DNA from: Clostridiales bacterium
Lineage (GTDB): Bacteria > Bacillota > Clostridia > Christensenellales > UBA1242
DNA length: 64,000 nt
Assembly (NCBI GenBank): GCA_015069395.1
Contig: SVIR01000005.1
Location: 4,788-68,787 of the forward strand
Direction: 5' to 3'
Part shown: in pieces, positions 1-9,677 of the stretch
How the letters are laid out: every line of letters starts with the position of its first letter
Numbering within the stretch: position 1 is the first letter of the stretch
Made by a program: the position numbers and the translations under genes
Notes under the pieces: generated by a model
Seen by the model: the letters and a program-made list of their open reading frames with translations, nothing else
Databases searched by the model: none
Told to the model about the DNA's origin: nothing

Positions 1-2905
1 TGCTAGCAGCATAATTTCCATATACAGTTGCAGTTAATGTATTTACATTTGAAAAAAGTGAAGAACTTGTATACGCATATCCTTGTGTCATATTTCCAGC
101 TAAAACTGCTCCTGCACCAAGAATTTTGTGACTTGCAGTTATTCTTGTCGCATTTTGACCATATACATTCCAAGTCGAAGGATGGTTCTCTAAACTAACA
201 CCAACATTTGATGCCCTCCATCTTATTGGATCACATTTGAACCAATATGTAGCATTTGCACTAAATGTTACGCCATCAATCGTTACGGCCTTTGCTGCTT
301 TTACTGGCACATATGTTCCACCAGTGCTGCTGTAAGTGTATGCCTGCAAAGTTTGATTTGAAGAACCGTTGTTGTACTTGATCGTATATGCCGATGTCAA
401 TTGTGATGTTGTTGCACTATTTAAGCTTGAATTCAACGAACTTCCCACATATGTTTGTGGATATTGTCCACTTTCAAAATAGAAATAGTTTTGTCCAAAA
501 TCTGCTGCAAATTGCAAGGAGTCTCTTCCGGTATTCACAGAACTATCTTTCTGATACTTGATTGGGACATAGTGCGTAGATCCCGTCGCATAACCAGAAA
601 TGTCATATACGATACTATAATATCCACTTTCGTATGCTTCATAGCCAGAATACCAATAAAAATAATCAGAATCGTAGTTGTTGTAAGGCTCTATATACCC
701 CTCACTTTCGTCTATATATCCAAAAACAGCATCGTCACAACTCACTTCTGAATCAAGATAAATATGAAATGTCAAAGTCTTGTCTGTTGCTTGCTTAGTG
801 AAATAGAAATAAGTAAATGCTGCACCGTCATGTTGGCCATAAATTTGGCTTTCATATAGACCTGCATCATTCACAGCAAAGTCATTGTCATTGTAGTTTG
901 ATATGTATGTATCTGTTCTATCATTTCCATATTTTAATGGATTTGTGTTCTTTCTTAAGTAAATATAAATTGATGCAGATGTAGTGCTAGTAGATATACT
1001 AAGAGAATAACTTGGAGATTGCACCGAAGTCGTATATGAAGGGGTTGTTGCTGTTGTAATATCGACTAGAGTATATCCTGATGGAAGATTCATACTATAA
1101 ATTGAAAAAGTGCTATTTCGAGAAACATTTGTAAACTGTAAAGATGCTGTTATCGTCGCAGTTTCACTACTTACTCCAGATTGCTGGACTGCAGCATTTG
1201 AAGTTGTGTTGGGAGCGTAATAATAATACCGGATAGTCGACGTGACGGCACTATTGGACCACGTTGTCCCATCAGTGGAGGTCTTTTGATAAATGGTAAC
1301 CGTCGCAGAAAGAGGTCTCCATTTTGCATATAAAGTCTCATTTCCCGTTGTTGTTTTTGTTGTTGATGTTGTTACTTGTGTTGAATATCCACTCTTAAAC
1401 CAACCTACAAATGTGTATCCTGTTCTTACAACGTTTGTTGGAACTCCGTATGTGCTATCAAATGCAACTGTTATTGATGTAATCGCTGTTCCACTTGAGT
1501 TGTATGCTGTTCCACTGTTTGTTGAAAGTGTAACAGTGTATGAAATTGGTGTCCATTGCGCATATAGGCTTCTGCTAGATGCTGTATAATTTGTTGTAGA
1601 AGAAGTTATCTGACTTCCACCACTTGTAGCAGTGTACCACCCCTTAAATGTATAACCCGTTCTTGTTGGAGTTGGCAATGTGCCATAAGTAGATGCATAA
1701 GTGATAGATTTATAAGCATATGTAGTTAAACTAGAATATGAATAACTATAAGAAGAGAGGTTTGAAGAACTAAAAGTCCCTCCTTGAACATAAAAATAGT
1801 TTGTATAAGAACTTGCCGACCATTGTGCATACAGAGTGTGTCTTGCAGAGTTTGTACATAATGTGCTTGCTGTTACTCTTGAGCCACCACTTGTTGCTGT
1901 ATACCACCCTGAAAAAGAATATCCTGTTCTTGTAGGACTGTAACCCGGCAAATCATAATAACAACCACTAGATGCATAAGGGGTTTCTGTATATACATAT
2001 CTCCTTGCAGTACTTAAAAGTTCTTGAGCTGCAGATGCCAATGTTGCAGAATAGATATGGGTGTGTTCCATTGATGTATCTATTTGATTTTGCATACGCT
2101 CTGCCGAACCACCATAATAATATGTTGATCCGTCATAAGTTATAGACCCATTATAACCATATCGGTTTGAAGTATTATATGCAGTATAATACGACACAGC
2201 ACTTGAATCTGTCGATACTACCAAAGCCCCTCCCCAACCTTCTTCTGTTGTCGCATATCCAACATATTTGTATGCAGATCCAGAATAAGACGGAGTATAA
2301 AAATTTCTGCCACCTAAAGTGCACAAAGTTCTACTATAAGTAGTACAATTTTGCGAAGAGCTCTGCGAACCCGTGAATGACCCATTGTATGCATCATAGG
2401 TCACCGTCGTAACACCAGGACCCTCGCGACAAGAAATCAGCCAGTCGCTCGTCCTATCGCCAGAGCCTATCTTAACCCAAATTTCTTTAAATGTCGTACT
2501 ATAACCACTTCCAGTGTGGTCCGACCAACAATCATGCTCATAGGTGTAATTATATGCATACCAACTTCTCATTCTTACTATATCCCCGCTGGTAAAAGTA
2601 AAAGAGCTATAGTTTGATCCCGAATCCGGAGTACAGTTTGAATTTTCTCTAGTATACAAAGTATATTTGTGTGATCCATTAACATAAATATACAATCTAT
2701 CATCAGTAGTAATGCCCAAATATAAGATCCTTCTAGTGACTTGCACCCCAACTTTTTCGTCTTCAGGATTTTCTGTTTCGCCCTCTTCAGAGAAACCACC
2801 TTTTGTTTCTGTGCCAATAGAATTGTCAACAAGAACCACGGTGCCACTAATAGTACACCCCAGCCCCAACAAAATCATTAAAATTGCAATAAGATACTTT
2901 TTCAT
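1..2905 (-). CDS. secreted Flg_new (Listeria-Bacteroides type) repeat surface protein, paralog A; 3' end lies beyond the window edge
   Basis: Own minus-strand translation from ATG at 2905..2903 gives the signal-like N-terminus MKKYLIAILMILLGLGCTISG. Repeats TGYTFKGWYTATSGG and TGYTFVGWFKSG are present. The C-terminal part is collinear with the 3000..6440 product (YWFKCDPIRWRA, KILGAGAVL, GYAYTSSSLFSNVN). It is absent from the ORF track because no stop codon lies inside the window. Confidence 0.8.
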   Translation of the reverse strand, partial: MKKYLIAILMILLGLGCTISGTVVLVDNSIGTETKGGFSEEGETENPEDEKVGVQVTRRILYLGITTDDRLYIYVNGSHKYTLYTRENSNCTPDSGSNYSSFTFTSGDIVRMRSWYAYNYTYEHDCWSDHTGSGYSTTFKEIWVKIGSGDRTSDWLISCREGPGVTTVTYDAYNGSFTGSQSSSQNCTTYSRTLCTLGGRNFYTPSYSGSAYKYVGYATTEEGWGGALVVSTDSSAVSYYTAYNTSNRYGYNGSITYDGSTYYYGGSAERMQNQIDTSMEHTHIYSATLASAAQELLSTARRYVYTETPYASSGCYYDLPGYSPTRTGYSFSGWYTATSGGSRVTASTLCTNSARHTLYAQWSASSYTNYFYVQGGTFSSSNLSSYSYSYSSLTTYAYKSITYASTYGTLPTPTRTGYTFKGWYTATSGGSQITSSTTNYTASSRSLYAQWTPISYTVTLSTNSGTAYNSSGTAITSITVAFDSTYGVPTNVVRTGYTFVGWFKSGYSTQVTTSTTKTTTGNETLYAKWRPLSATVTIYQKTSTDGTTWSNSAVTSTIRYYYYAPNTTSNAAVQQSGVSSETATITASLQFTNVSRNSTFSIYSMNLPSGYTLVDITTATTPSYTTSVQSPSYSLSISTSTTSASIYIYLRKNTNPLKYGNDRTDTYISNYNDNDFAVNDAGLYESQIYGQHDGAAFTYFYFTKQATDKTLTFHIYLDSEVSCDDAVFGYIDESEGYIEPYNNYDSDYFYWYSGYEAYESGYYSIVYDISGYATGSTHYVPIKYQKDSSVNTGRDSLQFAADFGQNYFYFESGQYPQTYVGSSLNSSLNSATTSQLTSAYTIKYNNGSSNQTLQAYTYSSTGGTYVPVKAAKAVTIDGVTFSANATYWFKCDPIRWRASNVGVSLENHPSTWNVYGQNATRITASHKILGAGAVLAGNMTQGYAYTSSSLFSNVNTLTATVYGNYAAS

Positions 2906-2958
2906 ATTTTTATTATATACATAAAATCAGTTTTTCTCAAAACGATTTGCCCCTCCTT
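2902..2958 (-). promoter_or_regulatory. conserved 5' leader of paralog A: either SD + 12-codon uORF (MRKTDFMYIIKI) ending in an ATGA overlap with the main start, or a sigmaA promoter TTGAGA-17-TATAAT placed 6 nt before the ATG (leaderless)
   Basis: Minus strand reads AAGGAGGGGCAAATCGTT TTG AGA AAA ACT GAT TTT ATG TAT ATA ATA AAA ATA TGA, where the final ATGA contains the main ATG (2905). There is no SD directly before the main ATG. The same architecture occurs at 6437..6488. Confidence 0.5.
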
Positions 2959-2967
2959 TTCAAAGAA

Positions 2968-3000
2968 ACAAAAAAAGACGATATAAAAATCGTCTTTTTT
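2968..3000 (-). terminator. rho-independent terminator of the 3000..6440 gene
   Basis: Hairpin agacgat(2976-2982)/atcgtct(2989-2995) with a 6-nt loop. It is flanked by an A-run and a T-run, and on the minus strand the stem is followed by a U-tract. Confidence 0.75.
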
Positions 3001-6000
3001 TAAACTCTCATACCTTTTGACATATGAACAGCCAAACGATATCCATTCATTTTGTTTGCCCATAAGTTGCACGTCTTTCCACTTGCATTAATTCCTCTCA
3101 TTGAATTTATGTTTGATCCCAAGTTTCTTAACAAATATTCTCCCGTTTCAGTTGTCGATGTTTTGCCTAAAAGTAATGCTGAGAATGTCGTATATGAAGC
3201 CTGATAATTTGTTAAATTATCGTCTAAATTTGCTTCTCCTGCAACCATTACTGAAGCTGTAACATTTGCACTTGAAACCCCAACTTGACTAGAAGTACCT
3301 GTAAAAGTTTCACAAGACCAACTTGCTGATTTTGCGTAACTACCATATACCGTGGCAGTCAAAGAATTTACATTTGAATAAAGCGAAGAGCTTGTATATG
3401 CATATCCTTGAGACATTTTTCCATTTAAAACTGCTCCTGCTCCCAAAATCTTGTGGCTTACAACGGTAAAGTTTGAAACAATCTGCCCATAATTTGCCCA
3501 CTTGCTTGGACTTGTGCCTGAAGATGCGCCAAAATCAGAAACTCTCCATTTGATTGGCTCACTCTTAAACCAATATTTGCTTCCCGAAGAGAATGTTACT
3601 CCATCGATTGTAACCGTCTTTGGTGCTGTAACTTGTACATATGTTGTTCCATTATATGTATATGCATTCAATGTTTTGTTTGTTGAGCCATCATTGTATT
3701 TGATTGTATATACCACACTTCCCAACTGTGATGCAACCAAACCGTTAAGGGTTGTATTCATTGAGCTTCCTACATAGCTTTGTGGATATTGTCCATCTTC
3801 AAAATACCAATAGCCCGTTCCAAAGTCTGGTTTAAACTGCAATGAGTCGTTATTACTATGAACAGATCCGTCTTTTCTATATTTTATATAAATATAGTGT
3901 GACGAGTTGTTTGCCAAAGAAGATATATCATATGTTACTGTTTGAACTGTAGCTTTTGATTCAGAAGAACTAAACTTTTTCTTTACATTGGTTGTATCTG
4001 CAGTATTGCTTAAGGCCAATGTCGTATCAATATTACTTAAAATTCCATAGTCACAACAAGGTTCGCCATAATTTATACAATTCATTGTCAAAGTTGTTTG
4101 TCCTGCTTTTTTTGTAAAGTTGAATTTTGTCAGAGAATAACTGCTATTGACTCCTTGGTTTGAGCTTTCGTAATAACCAGAACTATTCAATGTAAATCCA
4201 TATGTCACCCCAGAAATAGCCTCTGTAGAATATGTTACATTATCCTCTCCCCATTTTATTGGGTTTTGTACTTTTGTCAACCACAAGTTGATATATTCTG
4301 TCTGCGACGAAGTTGATATGGAAATATATCCACTCGTCACTTTTGTCGAGCTTCCACTCGGGGCAGACGCCGAAGATCCACTGTTTATACCATACACAAC
4401 ATAATCTGTTGGAACTGATTTTATTGTTATACTCGCAGAATGTCCTCTAGCAAAACTGCCTAAAGAAGTTTGCCCTGTCACAGAAACAGTCCCTGAGTTT
4501 GAGGTGACTGCATCGCCGCCATAGTAATAATCGTCCACATTAGATTCCGAGCCTGTGTCTCCCGATTTTGTAATTGAAATGGTACCCGATGTCAGAGTGT
4601 TCCACGTTGACCCGTCAGTAGTATAATATGGCGTTATATATAAAGTATTGTTGTAGGGGACCCAAACCTCAAAGAGTTCGCCGCCTCCGGCATAATCCCA
4701 AGTCGAATCCATCGTAAGAACTTCACCTGAATTATATGGATCACCCCAACCATAGAAATAGCATCCTGTCTTGCTGATTTCCATATACTCAAAATAGTCC
4801 AGATAACCCCACTCATCACTATAAGCCTCTGCCTCCCACAAAGAAGCTCCGTATGCGACTTGAATATAAGAGATTTGGTCTCCATATATTGATGCACTGG
4901 ATTGATTATAGTCCATATCATTATCGTATAAATAAACCGTATATGTATTTGGCAACCAATAAGCATAGAGCGTTGTGTTTCCTGCCGTGTTGTATGTATA
5001 AGAATAGTTGCAACGCTTATAGCTTGACAAACTCGTTGAAGAAGTGCTCCAATATGCTAAATAGTGTCCGGTTTTAGTGAAAGTAGTGTTTGGTTTTGTG
5101 GTATAACTAGATCCATATGTAACAGATTGTGTAACGGCTGAACCCGATCCTCCATTTGGTTGATATGTAATTGTATAAGAATTTGCTGTCCATTGAGCAT
5201 ACAATGTGATATTGTCACTGCCGATGTTCGAAACGATTGTGCTGCCCGTTACTTTTGTTCCACCACTTGTTGCTGTGTACCAGCCAGCAAATCTATATCC
5301 ATCTCTTTTTGGATCAAACATAGGAGTAGACAAATAACCTGAGGCCGGCATATCCAAATAAACATACGTAGATCCATATGTAACAAACCTCCGTGCAGCC
5401 TCTTCAAGAGTCGCATCCATATAATGAGTATAGTCCTTTATAGTATCAAAGCCCCCAGATAGCCTCATACATTCTCCAGCCCCGCCATAATAATAGGTAT
5501 ATCCATTATAGGTAAATGTACCATCATATCCATAACGCCCTGAAGGATTGTATGCCGTATACCATTGCATATTAGAATCTCTCGAAACAACCAATGCTCC
5601 AGACCAAGACTCTCGTGTGGTCGCCCACCCCCTGTATCTTGGGTAACTTAGAGTTTGCGCTGGGATATAAAAATTTCTTCCTCCAATACAACACAATGTA
5701 GTAGAAGCCGAGGATGTATTAGCTGTAACATCCGATGCCGATGAACTTACAAATGTGCCATTGTTTGATCTAAACGTAACAGTCCTTTCGTCGGCAGTAG
5801 AATCGTTCATAATAAGAACTCTGCTCCTAACCGAAGTTGTGCCCACTTTAAAATACAAAGATTTATATGACATGAGGGGTGAATCAGAAGAATAAAGATC
5901 GTGAGTAAACCAATAATTTCCATAAAAATGATCAGTAAATTGTATAATATCTCCTGAATTAAACGTAAATGAAGTATAATTTGAACTGCCTGAATAATCC

Positions 6001-6440
6001 GGATTTGAATCACAAGCCAACAATTCGTGTGTCAAGGTGCCATTTACATAAATACGAAGCCAGTCGTTTGTATATCTGCCTGAATAGCAAATGCTCATAG
6101 TCAACTTGCCTTCAACAAGTTCTGCTTTTGCATTTACATCTCCTTGTCCAGAGACACCTTCGGCAGCATCCAACTCTGCTTTCACTTCAGCAAAAGATTT
6201 TTGATTAACCAATCTGCCTGGCGCACAATTTGGATCAGTGTACTCTGTAACATCAGGGACGATAAAATTTTCGTTGTTGTTTTCTTCTTCAGGAGAATCT
6301 TCTAAAGACTGATCGGGAGTCTCTTGAGAGGCCCCTTCGTTTGATGTTGATTGAGGATAAAGCGACAATACAGTTGTTCCACCTATTGTGCAACCCAATC
6401 CAAACAAAATCATAAAAATTGCAACAAGATATCTTTTCAT
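3000..6440 (-). CDS. secreted surface protein, paralog B, with Flg_new repeats and a DUF6273-like C-terminus
   Basis: 1146-aa ORF with N-terminal signal MKRYLVAIFMILFGLGCTIGG. Flg_new-type repeats include GYRFAGWYTATSGGTKV..LYAQW and TGHYLAYWST..LYAYW. The C-terminal region has YWFKSEPIKWRV and GYRLAVHM, which resemble DUF6273 as I recall it (family assignment from memory). Confidence 0.8.
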   Translation of the reverse strand: MKRYLVAIFMILFGLGCTIGGTTVLSLYPQSTSNEGASQETPDQSLEDSPEEENNNENFIVPDVTEYTDPNCAPGRLVNQKSFAEVKAELDAAEGVSGQGDVNAKAELVEGKLTMSICYSGRYTNDWLRIYVNGTLTHELLACDSNPDYSGSSNYTSFTFNSGDIIQFTDHFYGNYWFTHDLYSSDSPLMSYKSLYFKVGTTSVRSRVLIMNDSTADERTVTFRSNNGTFVSSSASDVTANTSSASTTLCCIGGRNFYIPAQTLSYPRYRGWATTRESWSGALVVSRDSNMQWYTAYNPSGRYGYDGTFTYNGYTYYYGGAGECMRLSGGFDTIKDYTHYMDATLEEAARRFVTYGSTYVYLDMPASGYLSTPMFDPKRDGYRFAGWYTATSGGTKVTGSTIVSNIGSDNITLYAQWTANSYTITYQPNGGSGSAVTQSVTYGSSYTTKPNTTFTKTGHYLAYWSTSSTSLSSYKRCNYSYTYNTAGNTTLYAYWLPNTYTVYLYDNDMDYNQSSASIYGDQISYIQVAYGASLWEAEAYSDEWGYLDYFEYMEISKTGCYFYGWGDPYNSGEVLTMDSTWDYAGGGELFEVWVPYNNTLYITPYYTTDGSTWNTLTSGTISITKSGDTGSESNVDDYYYGGDAVTSNSGTVSVTGQTSLGSFARGHSASITIKSVPTDYVVYGINSGSSASAPSGSSTKVTSGYISISTSSQTEYINLWLTKVQNPIKWGEDNVTYSTEAISGVTYGFTLNSSGYYESSNQGVNSSYSLTKFNFTKKAGQTTLTMNCINYGEPCCDYGILSNIDTTLALSNTADTTNVKKKFSSSESKATVQTVTYDISSLANNSSHYIYIKYRKDGSVHSNNDSLQFKPDFGTGYWYFEDGQYPQSYVGSSMNTTLNGLVASQLGSVVYTIKYNDGSTNKTLNAYTYNGTTYVQVTAPKTVTIDGVTFSSGSKYWFKSEPIKWRVSDFGASSGTSPSKWANYGQIVSNFTVVSHKILGAGAVLNGKMSQGYAYTSSSLYSNVNSLTATVYGSYAKSASWSCETFTGTSSQVGVSSANVTASVMVAGEANLDDNLTNYQASYTTFSALLLGKTSTTETGEYLLRNLGSNINSMRGINASGKTCNLWANKMNGYRLAVHMSKGMRV

Positions 6441-6488
6441 ATGTATATTATATACATAAATTCAGTTTTTTTCAAAACGATTCCTCCT
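6437..6488 (-). promoter_or_regulatory. conserved 5' leader of paralog B: either AGGAGG SD + 12-codon uORF (MKKTEFMYIIYI) ending in an ATGA overlap, or sigmaA promoter TTGAAA-17-TATAAT-6-ATG (leaderless)
   Basis: Minus strand reads GCAGGAGGAATCGTT TTG AAA AAA ACT GAA TTT ATG TAT ATA ATA TAC ATA TGA. The TGA overlaps the main ATG (6440). TTGAAA lies at 6475..6470 and TATAAT at 6452..6447. Confidence 0.5.
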
Positions 6489-6510
6489 GCTGGCACAAAA
6501 ATTTTTCAAA

Positions 6511-6540
6511 AAAACAAAAAGCATCAAGTTTGATGCCTTT
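6511..6540 (-). terminator. rho-independent terminator after ftsQ
   Basis: Stem gcatca(6521-6526)/tgatgc(6531-6536). On the minus strand it is followed by TTTTTGTTTTTTT. Confidence 0.65.
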
Positions 6541-7507
6541 ATTTTTTTACAAATGAATAATATATGTCGTTTTCTGAACGATTTATATGTTCGGTCAAAG
6601 TGAAATTGTCAATTTTGATAATACAATCAGAAATCAAGTTCTTGCTCAATGGCACTTTTTTTGTAGGTTCACCGATTTCTTCATTAAAAAGCACATACTC
6701 GCCACTTTCCGTCTCTTCAACATAAATAATCTGACCGTTTTTGTCTATCAAATTTCCAAAACCGTCTAAGTCGTGAGAATATATAGTGCTTTCAACAGCA
6801 AACATCTTTTGCACTTTGCTCGCAAAAGCAAAATCCGGGTTGTTTATTTGATATTCTTTTCCCTCAAAAGTAACAAGCTTCATAGAAATATATTCTTTTG
6901 ATGTAATTTCGTCTTGATATTTTGAAAGGCTTATTTTTTTAAACTTGCCAATTTGCTGGGCAAGACTGCGATTGTTTTGCAACATTACACTATAAAATTT
7001 TTTCAAACATTCTTCTTCAACTGACAAAAAGTCTCCGATTTGCACCTCAGAACTGGTTATTGTCAAGCCTTCAACTAAAATAGGGTTTTCAGTTTCGCTT
7101 TCAAACGAATCCAAGACCTTTAAAACTCTTAAATCTCTGTCACAAACGAGATATTGAGAATTTATTTTTATTGCAAAAAGCTCTTCTCTTTCAGCAATAT
7201 GCACAACAAATTTGTTTGGAAAAATAGTTTCAATATTTATCACTCTTATATAAGCAAAATTTTCATTTTTTTTTGCTTTTTCGTTTATTTTGTCGATTGA
7301 TTTTTTCTTTCCTTCAAACAAAACACTTGCACCAAGCCTAAATTCGCCTGCTTCAACAATTTCTTCTTCTGTTACTGTCAAATTTTTGGTAGTAGATTTA
7401 AAATTTATAGAAACTGAAGAAAGCCCAAAAAGAGTCCAAAAAGAGATTAGCACTGACGCCAAAACAACTATAGCTATAGAAATTGTAATAATCCACTTTT
7501 TGCTCAT
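6539..7507 (-). CDS. ftsQ: cell division protein FtsQ/DivIB
   Basis: Single N-terminal TM helix (WIITISIAIVVLASVLISFW) followed by a POTRA-like region (FAYIRVINIETIFPNKFVVHIAEREELFAI). It occupies the terminal position of the dcw cluster. Confidence 0.7.
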   Translation of the reverse strand: MSKKWIITISIAIVVLASVLISFWTLFGLSSVSINFKSTTKNLTVTEEEIVEAGEFRLGASVLFEGKKKSIDKINEKAKKNENFAYIRVINIETIFPNKFVVHIAEREELFAIKINSQYLVCDRDLRVLKVLDSFESETENPILVEGLTITSSEVQIGDFLSVEEECLKKFYSVMLQNNRSLAQQIGKFKKISLSKYQDEITSKEYISMKLVTFEGKEYQINNPDFAFASKVQKMFAVESTIYSHDLDGFGNLIDKNGQIIYVEETESGEYVLFNEEIGEPTKKVPLSKNLISDCIIKIDNFTLTEHINRSENDIYYSFVKK

Positions 7508-7510
7508 TTG

Positions 7511-8764
7511 TCAAATCCTTTTTATGTCGGCCCCCAAAAGACTATATTTTTCTTCAATCTTTTCATAGCCTCTATCAATAAATTCAATGTTATGAACCGT
7601 AGTATATCCCTCTGCTTTCAGTCCTGCCAAAACCAGTGAAGCACCAGCACGCAAATCTGTAGCAAAAACATCTGCACCATAGAGGGTTTTGACCCCTTTT
7701 ATGAGTGCCGTTTGCCCTTTGACGACTATATCTGCCCCCATTTTTTTGAGTTCCATAACCTGCCCAAAACGGTTTTCAAACATAGTTTCATAAATCACAC
7801 TTGCACCTTCACAAACCGTTTGCAGAGCCATCATTTGTGCTTGCAAATCAGTTGGAAAAAACGGATAAGGCATTGTTTTTATCTCAGAGATTGAAGAAAG
7901 CCTTTTGTCTGCTCTCAATCTTATTTTATCACCAAGCACATCAATTTGGCAAGCAGTTTGATTAAGAAGAGCGAGCAAACATTCGTTATGCTCTGCTATT
8001 GCCCCATCCAACAAAACATCTCCACCACACATCGCACCTGCAAGAAGATAAGTTCCGGCAATTATACGGTCTGACATAACGTCATATGTGCAACCGTGCA
8101 ATTTTTTTACTCCTCGTATTACAATTTGATCACAACCAGCACCTCGAATGTCTCCACCCATCGTGTTGATAAAGTTTTGCAAGTCTTCAATCTCAGGCTC
8201 TCTTGCAACATTTTTCAATATTGTTTCGCCCTCAATCAATGTTGCACAAAGCATAAGACTCTCAGTCGCTCCCACACTTGGAAAATCCAAAACAATTTCT
8301 GCCGAGTGCAAGTTTTCTCCAAAGCAATAAATATAGCCGTGCTTTTCAATTATCTTAGCTCCCAAACTTCGCAATCCTTTCAAATGAATGTCAATAGGGC
8401 GAGCTCCAATGTTGCACCCACCAGGGTATGCGACAACACAACTTCTAAACTTTGCCAACAACGGTCCAAGCAAAAAAATAGAAGCCCTGACCTTTTGAGT
8501 CAGCTCATGGGTTATTTTTGCATTGTTAGAGTGTTTTGTATCTATGTAAAGGGATGCTTTGTCGCAATTTATTTTACACCCTAAAACTTCTAAGATTTCA
8601 GTCATAGCCTTCAAATCTTCTATATGAGTAAAATTGTTTAGGCAAAAATCGTCCTCAGCAAGCAAACATCCTGCCATGATTGGCAAAAAAGAATTTTTCG
8701 AACCGTCAACTCTCACTTCTCCAAAAAGTTTTCGTCCACCGTTTATTAAAAGTTTGTTTTCCAT
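7511..8764 (-). CDS. murA: UDP-N-acetylglucosamine 1-carboxyvinyltransferase
   Basis: 417 aa. N-terminus LINGGRKLFGEVRVDGSKNSFLPIMAG; active-site Cys context YPGGCNIGARPIDIHL. Confidence 0.93.
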   Translation of the reverse strand: MENKLLINGGRKLFGEVRVDGSKNSFLPIMAGCLLAEDDFCLNNFTHIEDLKAMTEILEVLGCKINCDKASLYIDTKHSNNAKITHELTQKVRASIFLLGPLLAKFRSCVVAYPGGCNIGARPIDIHLKGLRSLGAKIIEKHGYIYCFGENLHSAEIVLDFPSVGATESLMLCATLIEGETILKNVAREPEIEDLQNFINTMGGDIRGAGCDQIVIRGVKKLHGCTYDVMSDRIIAGTYLLAGAMCGGDVLLDGAIAEHNECLLALLNQTACQIDVLGDKIRLRADKRLSSISEIKTMPYPFFPTDLQAQMMALQTVCEGASVIYETMFENRFGQVMELKKMGADIVVKGQTALIKGVKTLYGADVFATDLRAGASLVLAGLKAEGYTTVHNIEFIDRGYEKIEEKYSLLGADIKRI

Positions 8765-8914
8765 AATTGCTTTTATGTCTGCAACAAAAAAAATGTTATG
8801 TTTTCTATGCTAACAAGCGTTTCTTTATTAAAAAAGAGCGAAACCCTTTCCACTCTTTTGTTTTTAACTGATTTTTTGAACCCTTTAATCAAATTTACAA
8901 TGAGGATTCATTTC

Positions 8915-9006
8915 TGCATGACTTCGCCCATCAAACAGCAACAGACGTTCCTCCACTCGAAATAAATGGCAGTGGCAAGCCTGTCGAGGAATACTTCCTA
9001 TTACAA
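8915..9006 (-). pseudogene. frameshifted duplicate fragment of the ftsW 3' coding end
   Basis: 8933..9006 aligns to 9754..9828 (inside intact ftsW) with a few substitutions and a 1-nt indel (cctgtcgagg vs cctgttggagg). Weaker similarity continues to about 8915. Confidence 0.75.
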
Positions 9007-9029
9007 TGAATTGTGTAAATAAATATTAA

Positions 9030-9584
9030 TCATTTCTTTACGTATAATCCAAATGTGGTTACACTATCTCTATCCTCAACTTTAGCATATAGTAAATGTA
9101 AGCCATTCAAAACACCTGCCTGCTTACCACATACAACGGCATACTCATTGTTAAAAGTTCCATTTGCTAAATATTTAGCGCCCAAGGCAGTATCCTCTAT
9201 TTCAACAAAGTTTATGTTACCAAAAATTTTATTTAGATTTGTTGCTGATTGTTTTAACGCCTGTTCGTGAGATGCAATAAATTTAATATCATTCGCCTTT
9301 ATTTGTTTATTTTTAACAAATACATAATGATGAATTTGCATTCTAATTTCTGCTATTTTATTTAAATCTAAAGTTAATGCAGTCTTTGTTTCTTGTACAA
9401 GACCTCCTATGTTGTTTTTGATTGCCATTACACCATAATCAATTTCACCATTTTTCAAAGCTCTAACAACGTTTTTAGAAGAAATTAGTGGAACTAATTC
9501 TGCCCCGTAATCAAAGGTTTCTATAAATTGTCGTGCTGCAATTTCACTATTGCTTGCCCAATCCCCTTGAAATCCAATTTTCAT
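9030..9584 (-). CDS. prephenate dehydratase (PDT) domain protein without an ACT domain
   Basis: 184 aa. IGFQGDWASNSEIAA resembles the PDT N-terminus (YQG..GA.SE.AA). Also IASHEQALKQ (SHPQAL..C-like) and TTF near the C-terminus (NxTRF-like). Confidence 0.6.
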   Translation of the reverse strand: MKIGFQGDWASNSEIAARQFIETFDYGAELVPLISSKNVVRALKNGEIDYGVMAIKNNIGGLVQETKTALTLDLNKIAEIRMQIHHYVFVKNKQIKANDIKFIASHEQALKQSATNLNKIFGNINFVEIEDTALGAKYLANGTFNNEYAVVCGKQAGVLNGLHLLYAKVEDRDSVTTFGLYVKK

Positions 9585-9642
9585 AATTTTCTATCCCTAT
9601 GTATTTTAGTAATATCAAACATATTTATTGTATCATAAAAAT

Positions 9643-9677
9643 AAAAAAAAGTATACAAATTGTTTGCATTTGTATAC
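9643..9677 (-). terminator. rho-independent terminator after ftsW
   Basis: Perfect 10-bp stem gtatacaaat(9651-9660)/atttgtatac(9668-9677). The A-run at 9643-9650 gives a U-tract on the minus strand. Confidence 0.8.

Noticed and set aside
455-2924. Plus-strand ORFs 455-751, 1293-1589 and 2712-2924, and minus-strand ORF 2578-2847
   Set aside because: All overlap the long open minus-strand frame of surface-protein paralog A, which is collinear with the 3000-6440 protein. The 2578-2847 ORF is in a different frame of the same strand.
8096-8584. 162-aa plus-strand ORF antisense to murA
   Set aside because: It is embedded in murA, has no recognisable motif and has no ribosome-binding site. It is an antisense-frame artefact.
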